A DNA stretch of 59,270 bases from positions 1-59,270 of the forward strand of contig JAZGHS010000123.1 of the NCBI GenBank assembly GCA_036481315.1, read 5' to 3'. The translations under genes and the position numbers were made by a program. The notes under the pieces are model-generated. The model was not told the origin of the DNA. It did no database searches and saw only the letters and a program-made list of their open reading frames with translations. The DNA is from Candidatus Zixiibacteriota bacterium. Lineage in GTDB: Bacteria; Zixibacteria; MSB-5A5; UBA10806. Below, piece by piece: positions 35,042 to 45,240 of the stretch. Positions within the stretch are counted from its first letter, which is position 1; each line of letters opens with the position of its first letter.

Positions 35042-35566
35042 TTATATCGCGCCCTCATGCTCCAAAAGCCATTTTTTGCGCCAGATACCCCCGGCGAAAC
35101 CGGTAAGAGCCCCCGATTTGCCGATCACCCGATGACAGGGAACGATAATCGAAATCGGATTGGATCCTATCGCCATCCCCGCGGCTCGGGCGCCGTTGGG
35201 CTTGCCCACCCGTTCAGCGATTTTGCCGTAATTAACAGTTTTTCCATGAGGGATTCTGCCCAACTGTTTCCAGACGCTTTTCTGGAAATCCGTTCCCATC
35301 GCCTTCAACGGCAGCTCGAATCTCGAAATCTTGCTGTCAAAATAAAGCCTCAACTGTTTCCGGGTCAGCTTTAACGTATTAGTATTGGCCTCTTTTAAAT
35401 CGGTTTTGAGTTTTTTGCCCAGTGGTTTTAAGATCGTCTCAGGCTTTTTCCGATCGAGAAATCCAAGCAGGCAAAGCCTGTTATTGTACGATGCCGCCAC
35501 CATGTCGCCCAAGGGCGTTGCGAATTTCTGATAGTGAATCGGTTGGATATTAGCCGATGATTTCAA
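35042..35566 (-). CDS. ogt: Methylated-DNA--protein-cysteine methyltransferase
   Basis: Active-site PCHRVIG, with upstream ..FQKSVWKQL..IP.GKTVNYG.IA...G.P.GARA.G.A.G.NP.. Confidence 0.9.
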   Translation of the reverse strand: MKSSANIQPIHYQKFATPLGDMVAASYNNRLCLLGFLDRKKPETILKPLGKKLKTDLKEANTNTLKLTRKQLRLYFDSKISRFELPLKAMGTDFQKSVWKQLGRIPHGKTVNYGKIAERVGKPNGARAAGMAIGSNPISIIVPCHRVIGKSGALTGFAGGIWRKKWLLEHEGAI

Positions 35567-35733
35567 ATCGTCCTCCCTTTTTTGCGCGTATCATAAGATA
35601 AGGATTGAAAACCGCTTGTCGAGTAAAATCGTCGGATCGCGGAGAAAGCGGGCGATAATTAGACGACAAAACCTGTTAAAAATCATTTGACTAAGAGGTC
35701 GATATACCGATACTTATTAGACAGGAGAGGAAT

Positions 35734-36972
35734 ATGTTTAGAAGAGGACTGACAATTTTAATTTCGGTAACGGTATTATTTGCCGGATGCAGCGATAAAA
35801 CCACCGAGCCGGGCGATCCGACGCCCATAAGAATAACAAGCCCGACCAACAACTCCACCTTGAGCGAGCCGGCAACGATCGTGGCGGCCGCCGGCGAAGG
35901 TTATGCGCTCGATCGTGTTGATTTCTATGTCGACGGCGATTCGGTCTGGACCGACTTTTATTCCCCGTACGGATATTACTGGAATGTCTACGTTTATTCG
36001 AGTAACACCCAACATACTCTCTTCGCGATAGGATATACCGCTGATAGCAGTTACACGTCGGCCTTAATAAATGTCGATGTTGCCTTTACCTCGGGGTTTG
36101 CGTTTTTATCGGTTTACGTTCCCAGTTCTCAGGCCTGCTATGGTGTCGTCAATTATCAAAATGTCATGTTCGCGGCCACCGGACCCGACGGCCTCGAGTT
36201 GATCGATATTTCGGATAAAGCGTCGCCAGACTATATCTCCCGCTACGATAGCCCCGGGCAGGCCATAAAATCCGACGTATCTTTTCCCTACGTCTTTATT
36301 GCCGACATGAGCGAAGGTGTAACCAGGGCAGATTTTTCCGATCCATATTTGCCTGTACAGCGGGGAGCATACACATCGCAGGGGTCGGTTAACGATGTTG
36401 CTGTTTCTGAAAACTATCTTTTCGTTGCAGAAAACGACGGGGTTAGCGTAGTTGGTTATTCGAATCCCGATAACATGAATTTCATCTCCAAGGTATCGAT
36501 GGCCGATCAGGATCAACCGCAATTCGTGGTTGCCCGAGGCGATACGGCATTCGTGGCCGCGATCGATAAATTTTATATCATAGACTTTACGATTCCGGCA
36601 TCGCCGCTAATTATCAGCACGTTCGCCACTCCGGGGCAGGCTAAAGGTGTGGCTGTTGACGGTAACCTGGCGTTTATCGCCGACGGCCCCGAAGGAGTAA
36701 TCGCGTTATCCATTGCCGATCCCACAAGCCCTGTCGAGGCGGGACGATATACAACAGGTCAGAATTTCTCCACGGTCGACGTATCGAATTATACGCTGTT
36801 CGCCGGCGCGCTTTCGGGGGGTGTTTACGCGTTGGATTACAGCCAGCCGGATACATTGACGTTTGCGCACCAGTTCGATACCGGCGATATGGTCTGGCAG
36901 GTTCACTCCGATCCGCCGTACCTGTATATTGCTACCAGCGGTAATGTCAATATCCTTCGCTATTTTAGATAA
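35734..36972 (+). CDS. LVIVD-repeat lipoprotein (no T9SS tail)
   Basis: Lipobox LFAGCS. N-terminal Ig-like region, then repeats (GLELIDISDKASPDYISRYDSPGQA.., ..IIDFTIPASP..). It ends ..NILRYFR without the NPFN..LLK tail. Confidence 0.75.
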   Translation: MFRRGLTILISVTVLFAGCSDKTTEPGDPTPIRITSPTNNSTLSEPATIVAAAGEGYALDRVDFYVDGDSVWTDFYSPYGYYWNVYVYSSNTQHTLFAIGYTADSSYTSALINVDVAFTSGFAFLSVYVPSSQACYGVVNYQNVMFAATGPDGLELIDISDKASPDYISRYDSPGQAIKSDVSFPYVFIADMSEGVTRADFSDPYLPVQRGAYTSQGSVNDVAVSENYLFVAENDGVSVVGYSNPDNMNFISKVSMADQDQPQFVVARGDTAFVAAIDKFYIIDFTIPASPLIISTFATPGQAKGVAVDGNLAFIADGPEGVIALSIADPTSPVEAGRYTTGQNFSTVDVSNYTLFAGALSGGVYALDYSQPDTLTFAHQFDTGDMVWQVHSDPPYLYIATSGNVNILRYFR

Positions 36973-37032
36973 TCCTCTTGCCTCTTTAAGTTTTTTATAT
37001 ATCTTTACGCGAAATTTATTTGTAATCGAAAG

Positions 37033-37518
37033 ATGGGTGAAATGGAAAAATCTCTTGTCGGCGATCCGGTCTTATGGCCGGGGCTAATATATTCCCCATT
37101 AAATAATCAGGGTCTTATTTTCGCGGTCGGCACGATAGCCGAAAAAATCGGGCTTATTTTCGAGGAATTGCACGATTCGGGAAAAACTGCGATCTGCCGT
37201 CGCAAAGCAGAAAACGGCTGGCAGAGAATAAGAGTTGCGTTAGAGCTGAAAAGCTCCGAATTTAGCGCGGGCAAAGATGAAGTAGATCTATTAATCTGCT
37301 GGGTCGACGATTCCGACGGTAATTCAATCCCAATAATAGAACTTATTAACTTTTCACCGGTTAGCGATAATGTGCAAAAAGATTCACCGGCTTCTCCTGC
37401 TAACATAATCCAGGAAAATGTCAGGAATGATTTTTTGGCCGGAAAAGAGGTTCGTGAATCTTTCGAGGAAACTATCCGCGAATTGGACAGCAGAATAAAA
37501 AATTTAAAAAGCATGTAA
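37033..37518 (+). CDS. Hypothetical protein, possibly PD-(D/E)xK-fold
   Basis: The pattern N.QGLIFAVG..AEK.GLIFEE...., ..IRVALELKSSEF.., DLLICWVDD resembles a recurrent uncharacterised nuclease-fold family. The RBS is weak. Confidence 0.35.
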   Translation: MGEMEKSLVGDPVLWPGLIYSPLNNQGLIFAVGTIAEKIGLIFEELHDSGKTAICRRKAENGWQRIRVALELKSSEFSAGKDEVDLLICWVDDSDGNSIPIIELINFSPVSDNVQKDSPASPANIIQENVRNDFLAGKEVRESFEETIRELDSRIKNLKSM

Positions 37519-37687
37519 AATTTACTTGCTATTTATCGATTATTTACGATATTATCGACGTCTTCGCATTGCTGGCGGGGTTTAATTTTAAGGCCCTATG
37601 AAGCGCGGAAAACTAAATGATGACTTAAATTAGGTGAGGTTCTCGGGTTTCGAGACTATTACCTTATTTAAAAACTGGAGATTGGAT

Positions 37688-39898
37688 ATGACCGGGAGAA
37701 ATTCCAATTTACTATCGCCTCTGGTTTTAGCCGCGGCGTTTTTTGTTGTTTTGGGATCGAGCGTTTCGGTTTTCGCTCAAGATCCCGACCTTCCCGATTC
37801 AATGTATATAGGCAATCCCGACGGGTCTGTGTTATTTGCCGACATTAACACTCAGATTGCGATTCCAATCTGGGTAAAAACAGACGATTCGGTTACTTTC
37901 GTGCATATTCCGTTATCTACCGACGACGAATATTTCACGTCCCGGGACGATGGTATATTGTATCCACCGTTTAGTTTATGGGACGATGTGCAATTTCTGG
38001 AGTCTAACGCCGATCCTCAGCATCAGGGCTGGACAAATCAAAGTATTCTCGGTTACGCTTATATCAGCAATCCACGCGATCCGCAAAATTTCCTTTATAC
38101 TAATTACGAATGGGTGCATATCGGCGATTTCCTCGTGCAGACTCTCGATGATATCGGCATTTATGGCGACACCACTTGTCTCGAAGAGGGTTTCAATCCG
38201 TACTACGGGCCGCTGTTGTGGGGATTGCAGGATGGCGTAACGCAATTCATACCGCATTCCGCGTTTTCATGTATTTCCTTTATCGATAATATCCCGCCGG
38301 AAATAATCGAGCCGGAATACGATTTATCCATCGCGGTCAATCATCATTTTCCCTTAACTTATGAAGTGATAGCTACCGATGATGAAGAGGATGTTATAGA
38401 TCTTTCACTGGAATTTGACGCTAATAATTACGAATTTGAGACCATTCAAGCTTATCCCGGCTATACACATAAGAGATTTACCTGGATTCCGCAGGACGAC
38501 CACGTGGGAACCTATACAGCCGTTTTCACGGCCGACGATGGCAACGGCGGCGTTGTCGTTCGTACTATAACGATCGAATCTTCGCCGACTGTTCTCGATA
38601 TTCCCGAGGTAAACGTTCTGCTGGGGATGATCGTGGATATTCCGATCAACCTCGATAGCAGAGGGATATCGTCATACATAGGTGGATTTGAGATTCTGAT
38701 TAGATACGACGCGCCCATGATAAGTGTGCTGTCGGTTTCGCGAACCGAGAGGCTTGCTGACTGGGATTATTTTAATGTACATTTTGAGGATACAAGCGGT
38801 ATCAGGATCGTGGGTTTAGCCGATGTTACCGGTAACGGTATCGCGTTACCCCCCGGCGACAACGCCATAATAATGCTTCACTGTTATATTAGCGATGGCG
38901 ACGAGTTTCTCGGCGAATATGGTTGGTTACGTTTTTTAACCAACGATTCCAATGATAATACCATGTCCGATACAACCGGCTACCTGTTGATTCATCCGGA
39001 GCTTGACGATGGTTGGGCGCATGCTATAGGACCAGATGATGTAGTTATCGGCGATATCAATCTAAACGAAATGGCCTGGGAAATCGCAGACGGAATACTC
39101 CTGGCGAATTACCTGGTCGATCCCGAAGGATTTCCGCTTAGTCCCATACAATTGATAGCGTCGAATACGAATGGAGATGAAGACGAGGGTACGGTTGCCG
39201 ATCTGATTTTCCTTCTTAACGTATTATTAGGCGAATATGCTCCTCCGAGGATCAATTACGGCCTTGACATGAACGCGGTGATATCGATCGAGGATATGGG
39301 TGTCTCCGACGACCGATTTATAGTCGGTTATGATTCGGATATCCCGGCCGGCGGCGCTCTGATAAGAATCGATCATGGCGGCGCAGAGATCGGCGAAGTG
39401 ATTTCCCGTACGGATATGAATATGCAATATAGCGATAAAGACGGGATCCTCTCGGTGCTTCTTTTCGATATGGAAGGCGATTATATTAATCCGGGTACGG
39501 AACTCTTCGAGTTTAATATAATATCCGGAAAGCTTAAACCGTCATTCACACAACTGCAGGTTTCGGATCGATTCGGGAATCAAATTCCTGTAGAGGGGCG
39601 GATCGAGACGGGGCTTCCGGATGCTTATCAACTTTACGGAGCTTATCCCAATCCGTTTAACGCCTCCGCCAACATAAGCTTCAGCTTACCGTCGGTCTCC
39701 GACGTGGAGCTTACTATTTTCAATGTTCTCGGTCAGGAAGTCAGATCCATAACGGTCGAGAATATGTCTCCCGGCCTGGGATCGATAAACTGGGACGGTA
39801 CTACCGAGAGAGGTAACACCGCGGCGTCAGGGGTATATCTTTATAGAATAGAGGCCGGCGACTTCTCGGCAACGTCGAGAATGGTCCTGCTCAAGTAA
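37688..39898 (+). CDS. Secreted cadherin-like + cohesin-like + dockerin-like protein with T9SS tail
   Basis: ATG at 37688 gives the signal peptide ..VLGSSVSVFAQD; the track start at 37634 is GTG. Cohesin-like GMIVDIPINLDSRGISSYIGGFEILIRYDAPMISV. Dockerin-like GDINLNEMAWEIADGILLANYL and NTNGDEDEGTVADLIFLLNVLLG. Tail AYPNPFNASANISFSLP..GVYLYRIEAGDFSATSRMVLLK. Confidence 0.8.
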   Translation: MTGRNSNLLSPLVLAAAFFVVLGSSVSVFAQDPDLPDSMYIGNPDGSVLFADINTQIAIPIWVKTDDSVTFVHIPLSTDDEYFTSRDDGILYPPFSLWDDVQFLESNADPQHQGWTNQSILGYAYISNPRDPQNFLYTNYEWVHIGDFLVQTLDDIGIYGDTTCLEEGFNPYYGPLLWGLQDGVTQFIPHSAFSCISFIDNIPPEIIEPEYDLSIAVNHHFPLTYEVIATDDEEDVIDLSLEFDANNYEFETIQAYPGYTHKRFTWIPQDDHVGTYTAVFTADDGNGGVVVRTITIESSPTVLDIPEVNVLLGMIVDIPINLDSRGISSYIGGFEILIRYDAPMISVLSVSRTERLADWDYFNVHFEDTSGIRIVGLADVTGNGIALPPGDNAIIMLHCYISDGDEFLGEYGWLRFLTNDSNDNTMSDTTGYLLIHPELDDGWAHAIGPDDVVIGDINLNEMAWEIADGILLANYLVDPEGFPLSPIQLIASNTNGDEDEGTVADLIFLLNVLLGEYAPPRINYGLDMNAVISIEDMGVSDDRFIVGYDSDIPAGGALIRIDHGGAEIGEVISRTDMNMQYSDKDGILSVLLFDMEGDYINPGTELFEFNIISGKLKPSFTQLQVSDRFGNQIPVEGRIETGLPDAYQLYGAYPNPFNASANISFSLPSVSDVELTIFNVLGQEVRSITVENMSPGLGSINWDGTTERGNTAASGVYLYRIEAGDFSATSRMVLLK

Positions 39899-39933
39899 GC
39901 CTTTACTAAGTAAACATCGAGAGTTTTTCATAT

Positions 39934-39962
39934 AACCCGAATTCGTCACTCATGTTCGGGTT
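39934..39962 (+). terminator. Possible terminator hairpin
   Basis: AACCCGAA, 13-nt loop, TTCGGGTT, followed by TATCTTAT, 36 nt after the stop. The loop is long and the U-tract weak. Confidence 0.35.
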
Positions 39963-40096
39963 TATCTTATACTCTCCGATTCATTCTGCAACAATTCTCT
40001 AACACAACATGAAACATCATATGATGACATTTTATAATCTCCTTTCGTAAGCGGGTATTTACCCGAACCTATCTCTTAAGAGAGGTGGGTTTATTA

Positions 40097-41185
40097 ATGA
40101 GCGATATAAAAAATGCAATACTTATAGTCTGTGTCTTATTGATATCCTGTTCCTCTAATCCTACGGTTAATATGGAAAATAACGTAATCTTATATTGTTC
40201 TTACCCGGCGGACAATTTCTCTCCTATGATTAGCTTTGCCAGGATAAAGGTAAATGCACCCGATCAGGTCACCCTTGTCGATTCGATAATGACCGTGGAA
40301 TTGGGAATCTCCGCCGGTATGTTGTCGATTGAATTGAATGTCGATCCCGGGCTTGGAAGACGTTTCAAGGTTTCCTTGCTGGATAGCGATAGCCGGGAGT
40401 TGTTTTGCTCGACAGCGATTGCCGATATTTCAGAAAACAATCATCATAGCATAAGCTTGTCTCTAAGCCAATCGGGGTACGGGTCGGCCTTATCCGTTAT
40501 AATATTCCGCGACCTCTTACCCTGGGATAGCCGGGCTTTAGATTCCGCGCTTTCCGAAATGGGCCTGGATCGGGGAACCGGGGAGAATCAATTCTATATT
40601 TACCCGTCGTCGGAAATGGCAAATATCGAGATGAGGCCGGGTATAGATCTGGTAGTCATCTCCAATGATCAACCGCAATACTTTTACGATAACTACGCCG
40701 CTAACCACGATAGAATTGAACAATTCGCGCGCGACGGGGGTACCCTGCTCTGGTGTGCCTGCGATATGGGCTGGAATTATGGTTCGATCGACGCCGCAGG
40801 ATTGATTCTGCCCGGCTCGGTGACGATCAGCTACTCTCTCGATCAAATCAATTTGGTTTCGACCCCCGGGTATAGTATGCTCGATGGTTTTGCCGACACG
40901 CTTTTCGGTAATTACGCCAGCCAGATAATTTTCACCAATTTGCCCGCGGGCTCTATAGAGTATTTGAAAGACTCAAGCGATAATCCCACCTTGATAGGGT
41001 TCGCGGTTGAAGAGGGTTGGGTGTTGGTTTCGGGCCAGCCCCTCGAATATAATTATGATCGAAAAGATGTATACAATATCGGAGATTTGCTTCCCCAGGT
41101 TATCCGATTCCTTCTGGGTATCGGACCGGGGGAGTCTTTATCCCTATTACCTGGCATAGGGACGTTCGTCGAGAAAGACGGTTAA
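40097..41185 (+). CDS. Hypothetical lipoprotein
   Basis: The ATG at 40097 gives MSDIKNAILIVCVLLISCSSNP (lipobox). The C-terminal half looks like a flavodoxin/GATase1-like alpha/beta region (DLVVISNDQP..FARDGGTLLW). No catalytic motif called. Confidence 0.55.
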   Translation: MSDIKNAILIVCVLLISCSSNPTVNMENNVILYCSYPADNFSPMISFARIKVNAPDQVTLVDSIMTVELGISAGMLSIELNVDPGLGRRFKVSLLDSDSRELFCSTAIADISENNHHSISLSLSQSGYGSALSVIIFRDLLPWDSRALDSALSEMGLDRGTGENQFYIYPSSEMANIEMRPGIDLVVISNDQPQYFYDNYAANHDRIEQFARDGGTLLWCACDMGWNYGSIDAAGLILPGSVTISYSLDQINLVSTPGYSMLDGFADTLFGNYASQIIFTNLPAGSIEYLKDSSDNPTLIGFAVEEGWVLVSGQPLEYNYDRKDVYNIGDLLPQVIRFLLGIGPGESLSLLPGIGTFVEKDG

Positions 41186-41342
41186 TGCGAAGCTTGACCT
41201 TATTCCGATGGGAGGGGACGTCTCGCCAGTAAATATATACGTTGTTCCGGTCGGGGGAACATGGAGGTTTCTCCGAGAGGATAAAACCGGTCTCGATTCT
41301 GAAATCGGGGCCGGATTAATATTTTGAAGCATGAGTACTTAT

Positions 41343-42578
41343 TTAGCTGACAGTATCGGGCAAGGCGCTATTTTCAGCGCGGCCGTAGAGTGCCAGAGCC
41401 AGGCCGCCTATCCCCATCATAATGATAACGAGGGAAATCAGGTATCCCAGAACGGGCAAAAACGAGAGGGCTACAAGTATAATCATGCCCAGCGTATAAC
41501 ATCCGTAACCGGTCGATTTACCCGAGCCGATATTCATTAAACGGCAGATAAGCCGTCCTATAAACAACGAGGCGTAGACGCCGCCGGCAAAACACGCTAT
41601 GCCGAAAGCCAATATGCCCACAGCCCCCAGGGGCGCTCCGAATATCGATAACAGCAAAATCAAAATTCCCACCGGCGATAAAAACAGAATCGCGAATCCC
41701 AAACCGATACTGGGGAATGTTTTTGCCCCGAGAACGTTCTCGGTTTTTCTACACAGTTCTTTCGAAGCCATGATAAAGAGGTTGCCCGATATGAAAAGTC
41801 CGATCCAGAGAAAGATCATAGCCAGAAGGCCTGGTAACGGTATCACCGAGAAAATGAAAAACACAAGCGAGAAAAAAGATAAGCTCAAAAAATATCCCCT
41901 GTGCGATATCAACCATGTAAACGCGGAAATGAATGAGGAATCTTCCTCATCTTCAACGACGCACTGGGTCCATTTGATCTCCCCCGCTATGATATCGGGA
42001 TCGACGATCTCGCCTTTTTCGGGACTGCAGTAAATCAAATCGCCTTTTATTAAAGCCTCAGGCGAGATACTTAAATCATCTCCCTCGAAATGAAAATCAC
42101 CGCCGATCTCACCCGATATAACGGCGCTATTCGATTCGATAACCAGGTCTTTTATGACACGGCCCCGGAAGATCACCGTTTCACCATAAAGATTGGCGTT
42201 GGCGCCGATTGACGTTTCCGGCCCGATAACAATCTTTTGGGCGAAAGCCAAAGCGTTCCGACCGATCGGAGCGTTGAGGTTGATTTCCTGGGCGAATCCA
42301 ATAAAACTCCTGCCGATCGGTTCGAGGCTTTCGACCGTTTTGCAGGCTACGTTTAAGTTCCCAGCTATAGAATCCGCGGTCACAAATTCGTTACAGGCGG
42401 CGTACAGATCTCCCCGTACCTTGCCGTCAAAACGAATCTGATTGCCAGCGATGAAGACATCGTCATTATAATCTTCTTTTATTACTGTGTTCTTATCTTC
42501 GGTATTTATAAATTGAGTCCCGCGGGCGTGGCCCGCAAGCGAAACGAAAGCGAATATTAATATTACGATTCTATTCAT
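41343..42578 (-). CDS. Membrane protein with N-terminal bactofilin-like beta-helical repeat domain
   Basis: Signal peptide. Repeated (I/V).G.(I/V)..(D/N)(L/V) segments, as in polymer-forming cytoskeletal/DUF583-type proteins. About 5 C-terminal TM segments. Confidence 0.5.
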   Translation of the reverse strand: MNRIVILIFAFVSLAGHARGTQFINTEDKNTVIKEDYNDDVFIAGNQIRFDGKVRGDLYAACNEFVTADSIAGNLNVACKTVESLEPIGRSFIGFAQEINLNAPIGRNALAFAQKIVIGPETSIGANANLYGETVIFRGRVIKDLVIESNSAVISGEIGGDFHFEGDDLSISPEALIKGDLIYCSPEKGEIVDPDIIAGEIKWTQCVVEDEEDSSFISAFTWLISHRGYFLSLSFFSLVFFIFSVIPLPGLLAMIFLWIGLFISGNLFIMASKELCRKTENVLGAKTFPSIGLGFAILFLSPVGILILLLSIFGAPLGAVGILAFGIACFAGGVYASLFIGRLICRLMNIGSGKSTGYGCYTLGMIILVALSFLPVLGYLISLVIIMMGIGGLALALYGRAENSALPDTVS

Positions 42579-42718
42579 AACAACCCCCGGACTTCAAACA
42601 TGTCAATTTTCTCCCCCTCTTTAGATTACGACCGTAACGTTGATTTGTTACCCATTTTATAAGATCATTGTCAAGAGAATTCTTGCGCGCTTCGGGGTTC
42701 GATGTTATTATTTGAACT

Positions 42719-43279
42719 ATGAGTTCTTCCGTTCCGAAAAAGCAACCTTCGACGGTGGATAATTATCCCATCAGAATAATCGCGGTAAGGTGGTTTTTTA
42801 TCGCTGCGGAGATGGGGTTGGCGACATATTTCGCTTTTCTGTTCACCATGTTTAACCTGGGCTTCATTTTCCTAATCTACGGATTTATTTCCGCTTTCGT
42901 TCTGTTGCCGCTGATCCGCTGCGTGCGATGTTATTATTACGGCAAACGATGTAATTTCGGATGGGGGAAACTTGTCGCGTTTCTTTTTCCGAAAGCTGAC
43001 GATGGAACCTTTTCGTCGCGATACGGCTATTCCTTCATATTCTGGCCATTGAGGATTATTCCGATCGGGGTCGGATTCATTCAAATAATCGATGGATTCA
43101 TGAGTGGTTTTGGTTTCGTTCCCCAAGGGCTTTTGGGTATTTACTTTATAGTCATTTTCCTTCATCGAAAATTCTATCGTAAGGCGGCCTGCTCTCGATG
43201 TCGCCAGAGATCGGAATGCCCGGTCTACGATTCTTCCATTATGCGGGGAACCGCTGGGAATCCACCAACCGTCGGTTGA
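42719..43279 (+). CDS. Integral membrane protein with Cys clusters (hypothetical)
   Basis: Four hydrophobic segments. CVRCYYYGKRC and CSRCRQRSEC motifs. Confidence 0.5.
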   Translation: MSSSVPKKQPSTVDNYPIRIIAVRWFFIAAEMGLATYFAFLFTMFNLGFIFLIYGFISAFVLLPLIRCVRCYYYGKRCNFGWGKLVAFLFPKADDGTFSSRYGYSFIFWPLRIIPIGVGFIQIIDGFMSGFGFVPQGLLGIYFIVIFLHRKFYRKAACSRCRQRSECPVYDSSIMRGTAGNPPTVG

Positions 43280-43315
43280 AAGAAAATTCTGTGATTTAGC
43301 TCAGCGGAGGATATT

Positions 43316-45040
43316 ATGAATTCGCTTTTATTCGGAGGCTTAGCGCTTTTCTCGCTTTATCTGGGATACAGGTTTTACGGTGGTTTTATCGCCCGGAAAC
43401 TCATAAGCCCCGACGATAAATATCCTACCCCGGCGATAACCGAAAATGACGGTGTTGATTACTCCCCTGCTAAAACACCGATGCTTTTCGGCCACCATTT
43501 CTCATCTATCGCCGGCGCCGGCCCGATAATCGGGCCGCTGATCGGCGTTACGTTCTTCGGATGGCTGGCCGCCGCGATCTGGATTATCGTCGGATCGATT
43601 TTCATGGGCGCCGTCCACGATTATACGTCGATGATGATCTCGGTGCGAAATAAGGGTAAGTCGATCGCCGAAATCGCGGGGACCTCCCTTGGAAATCGCG
43701 CTAAGACTATCTTTTCCATCTTTCTATGGATCGCCCTCGTTCTCGTGGTTGCCGCATTCGGTGACGCTACCGCGCAGACATTGGTTAAAAAGCCCCAGAT
43801 AGTCATTCCGACATTCGGCCTTGTCTTGCTGGCTACTGTTTTCGGCCGTTTGATTTATAAAATAAAAATACCTTTACCAATTGGAACCATAATAGCCCTG
43901 GCAGGGCTCGGGGGATTTATCTACCTGGGAGAGTTATTCCCTGTTTCCGTACCAGAAACGATACTCGGTATGTCGGATGTCAGGTTCTGGTTTTGGGTAT
44001 TAATGATTTACGCTTATATCGCCTCGGTCATACCGGTCTGGGTTTTATTACAGCCCCGGGATTATATCTCCAGCTGGTTACTATATCTTGGTTTGGGATT
44101 AGGATTTACCGGATTGATTATCTCAAATCCCGATCTTCAGGCTCCGGCAATAGTCGCTTTTAACAGCCCCGACAAGGGACCTATCTGGCCGATGCTTTTC
44201 GTATTAATCGCCTGCGGAGCGGTAAGCGGTTTCCATTCGCTGGTGGCCAGCGGAACGACCGCTAAACAACTGAGTCGAGAGGGATTAGGACTTAAGGTCG
44301 GTTACGGTTCGATGATTTTAGAAGCGGTTTTGGCGATCATGGTCGTCATGATTGCGGGGGCGGCATTAGTCTGGGATCCATCCGCCGCGAAATCCACTTT
44401 TGGTTTACAGTACCTTATGAAATCAGCAGGTGCGGGCGGTGGCGGCGGGCCAATTGTAGCGTTCGCCACCGGATTTGGAAAAGTAGCCGAGAATATTCCT
44501 GGATTCACCCTGCTGGCGGGGATTTACTTCGGAATGCTTATGCTCAACGCTTTTGTCATCACTACCCTCGATACAGCCACCCGTCTGGGGAGATTTATCC
44601 TTACCGAAATCGCAGGTGAAAAACGATCGATTCTAAGCAATAAATGGCTGGCTACTGGTATAACTGTAGCCTTTTCAGGGATTATAGCTTCCACCGGAGG
44701 AGTAAAAACCATCTGGCCGATATTCGGGGCGGCAAATCAGCTTGTGGCGGCCCTGGCCCTGGTCGTGGTGTCGTCGTATTTAATAGGGGTGAAAAAGCCG
44801 GCGATCTATACCGTGATTCCCGCTATTTTCATGTTGATCACCACAATGGGAGCGTTGATTATTCAGATGATCGGCTTCTTCAATTCCGGAGCGCCTCACG
44901 GTTATCTTCTTGGTGTTGTTTCGTTTATGCTAATAGTGCTGGCAGCTTATATCGCTATAGAGGCAAAAGACATCTTGTTATTTATAAAAAACAAACGTCC
45001 CGCCATTTCCAATCCCCATCCTGCCTGGTCTGATAACTGA
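43316..45040 (+). CDS. cstA: Carbon starvation protein CstA (peptide/pyruvate transporter family)
   Basis: Motifs ..YRFYG.FIARK.., DGVDY.PA....LFGHHFSSIAGAGPIIGP and TLDTATRLGRF. Many TM segments. Confidence 0.9.
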   Translation: MNSLLFGGLALFSLYLGYRFYGGFIARKLISPDDKYPTPAITENDGVDYSPAKTPMLFGHHFSSIAGAGPIIGPLIGVTFFGWLAAAIWIIVGSIFMGAVHDYTSMMISVRNKGKSIAEIAGTSLGNRAKTIFSIFLWIALVLVVAAFGDATAQTLVKKPQIVIPTFGLVLLATVFGRLIYKIKIPLPIGTIIALAGLGGFIYLGELFPVSVPETILGMSDVRFWFWVLMIYAYIASVIPVWVLLQPRDYISSWLLYLGLGLGFTGLIISNPDLQAPAIVAFNSPDKGPIWPMLFVLIACGAVSGFHSLVASGTTAKQLSREGLGLKVGYGSMILEAVLAIMVVMIAGAALVWDPSAAKSTFGLQYLMKSAGAGGGGGPIVAFATGFGKVAENIPGFTLLAGIYFGMLMLNAFVITTLDTATRLGRFILTEIAGEKRSILSNKWLATGITVAFSGIIASTGGVKTIWPIFGAANQLVAALALVVVSSYLIGVKKPAIYTVIPAIFMLITTMGALIIQMIGFFNSGAPHGYLLGVVSFMLIVLAAYIAIEAKDILLFIKNKRPAISNPHPAWSDN

Positions 45041-45240
45041 CCGTGAAAAATGATTCCATTTGAAATGTCAAGTTCGTGAATATTATGTAAACCCGCGTTT
45101 TTTATTAAGCCTTGCCCGAATTGTTCGAAAAAAGAATAAGGAATTCTATACAACCGTTTACGCAAAAGGCAGCGGTTTAGGCCTTTAACTAAATGGGAAA
45201 TATGTCGATAAATAAACTGAACAGATTCAGATAGGAAGTA

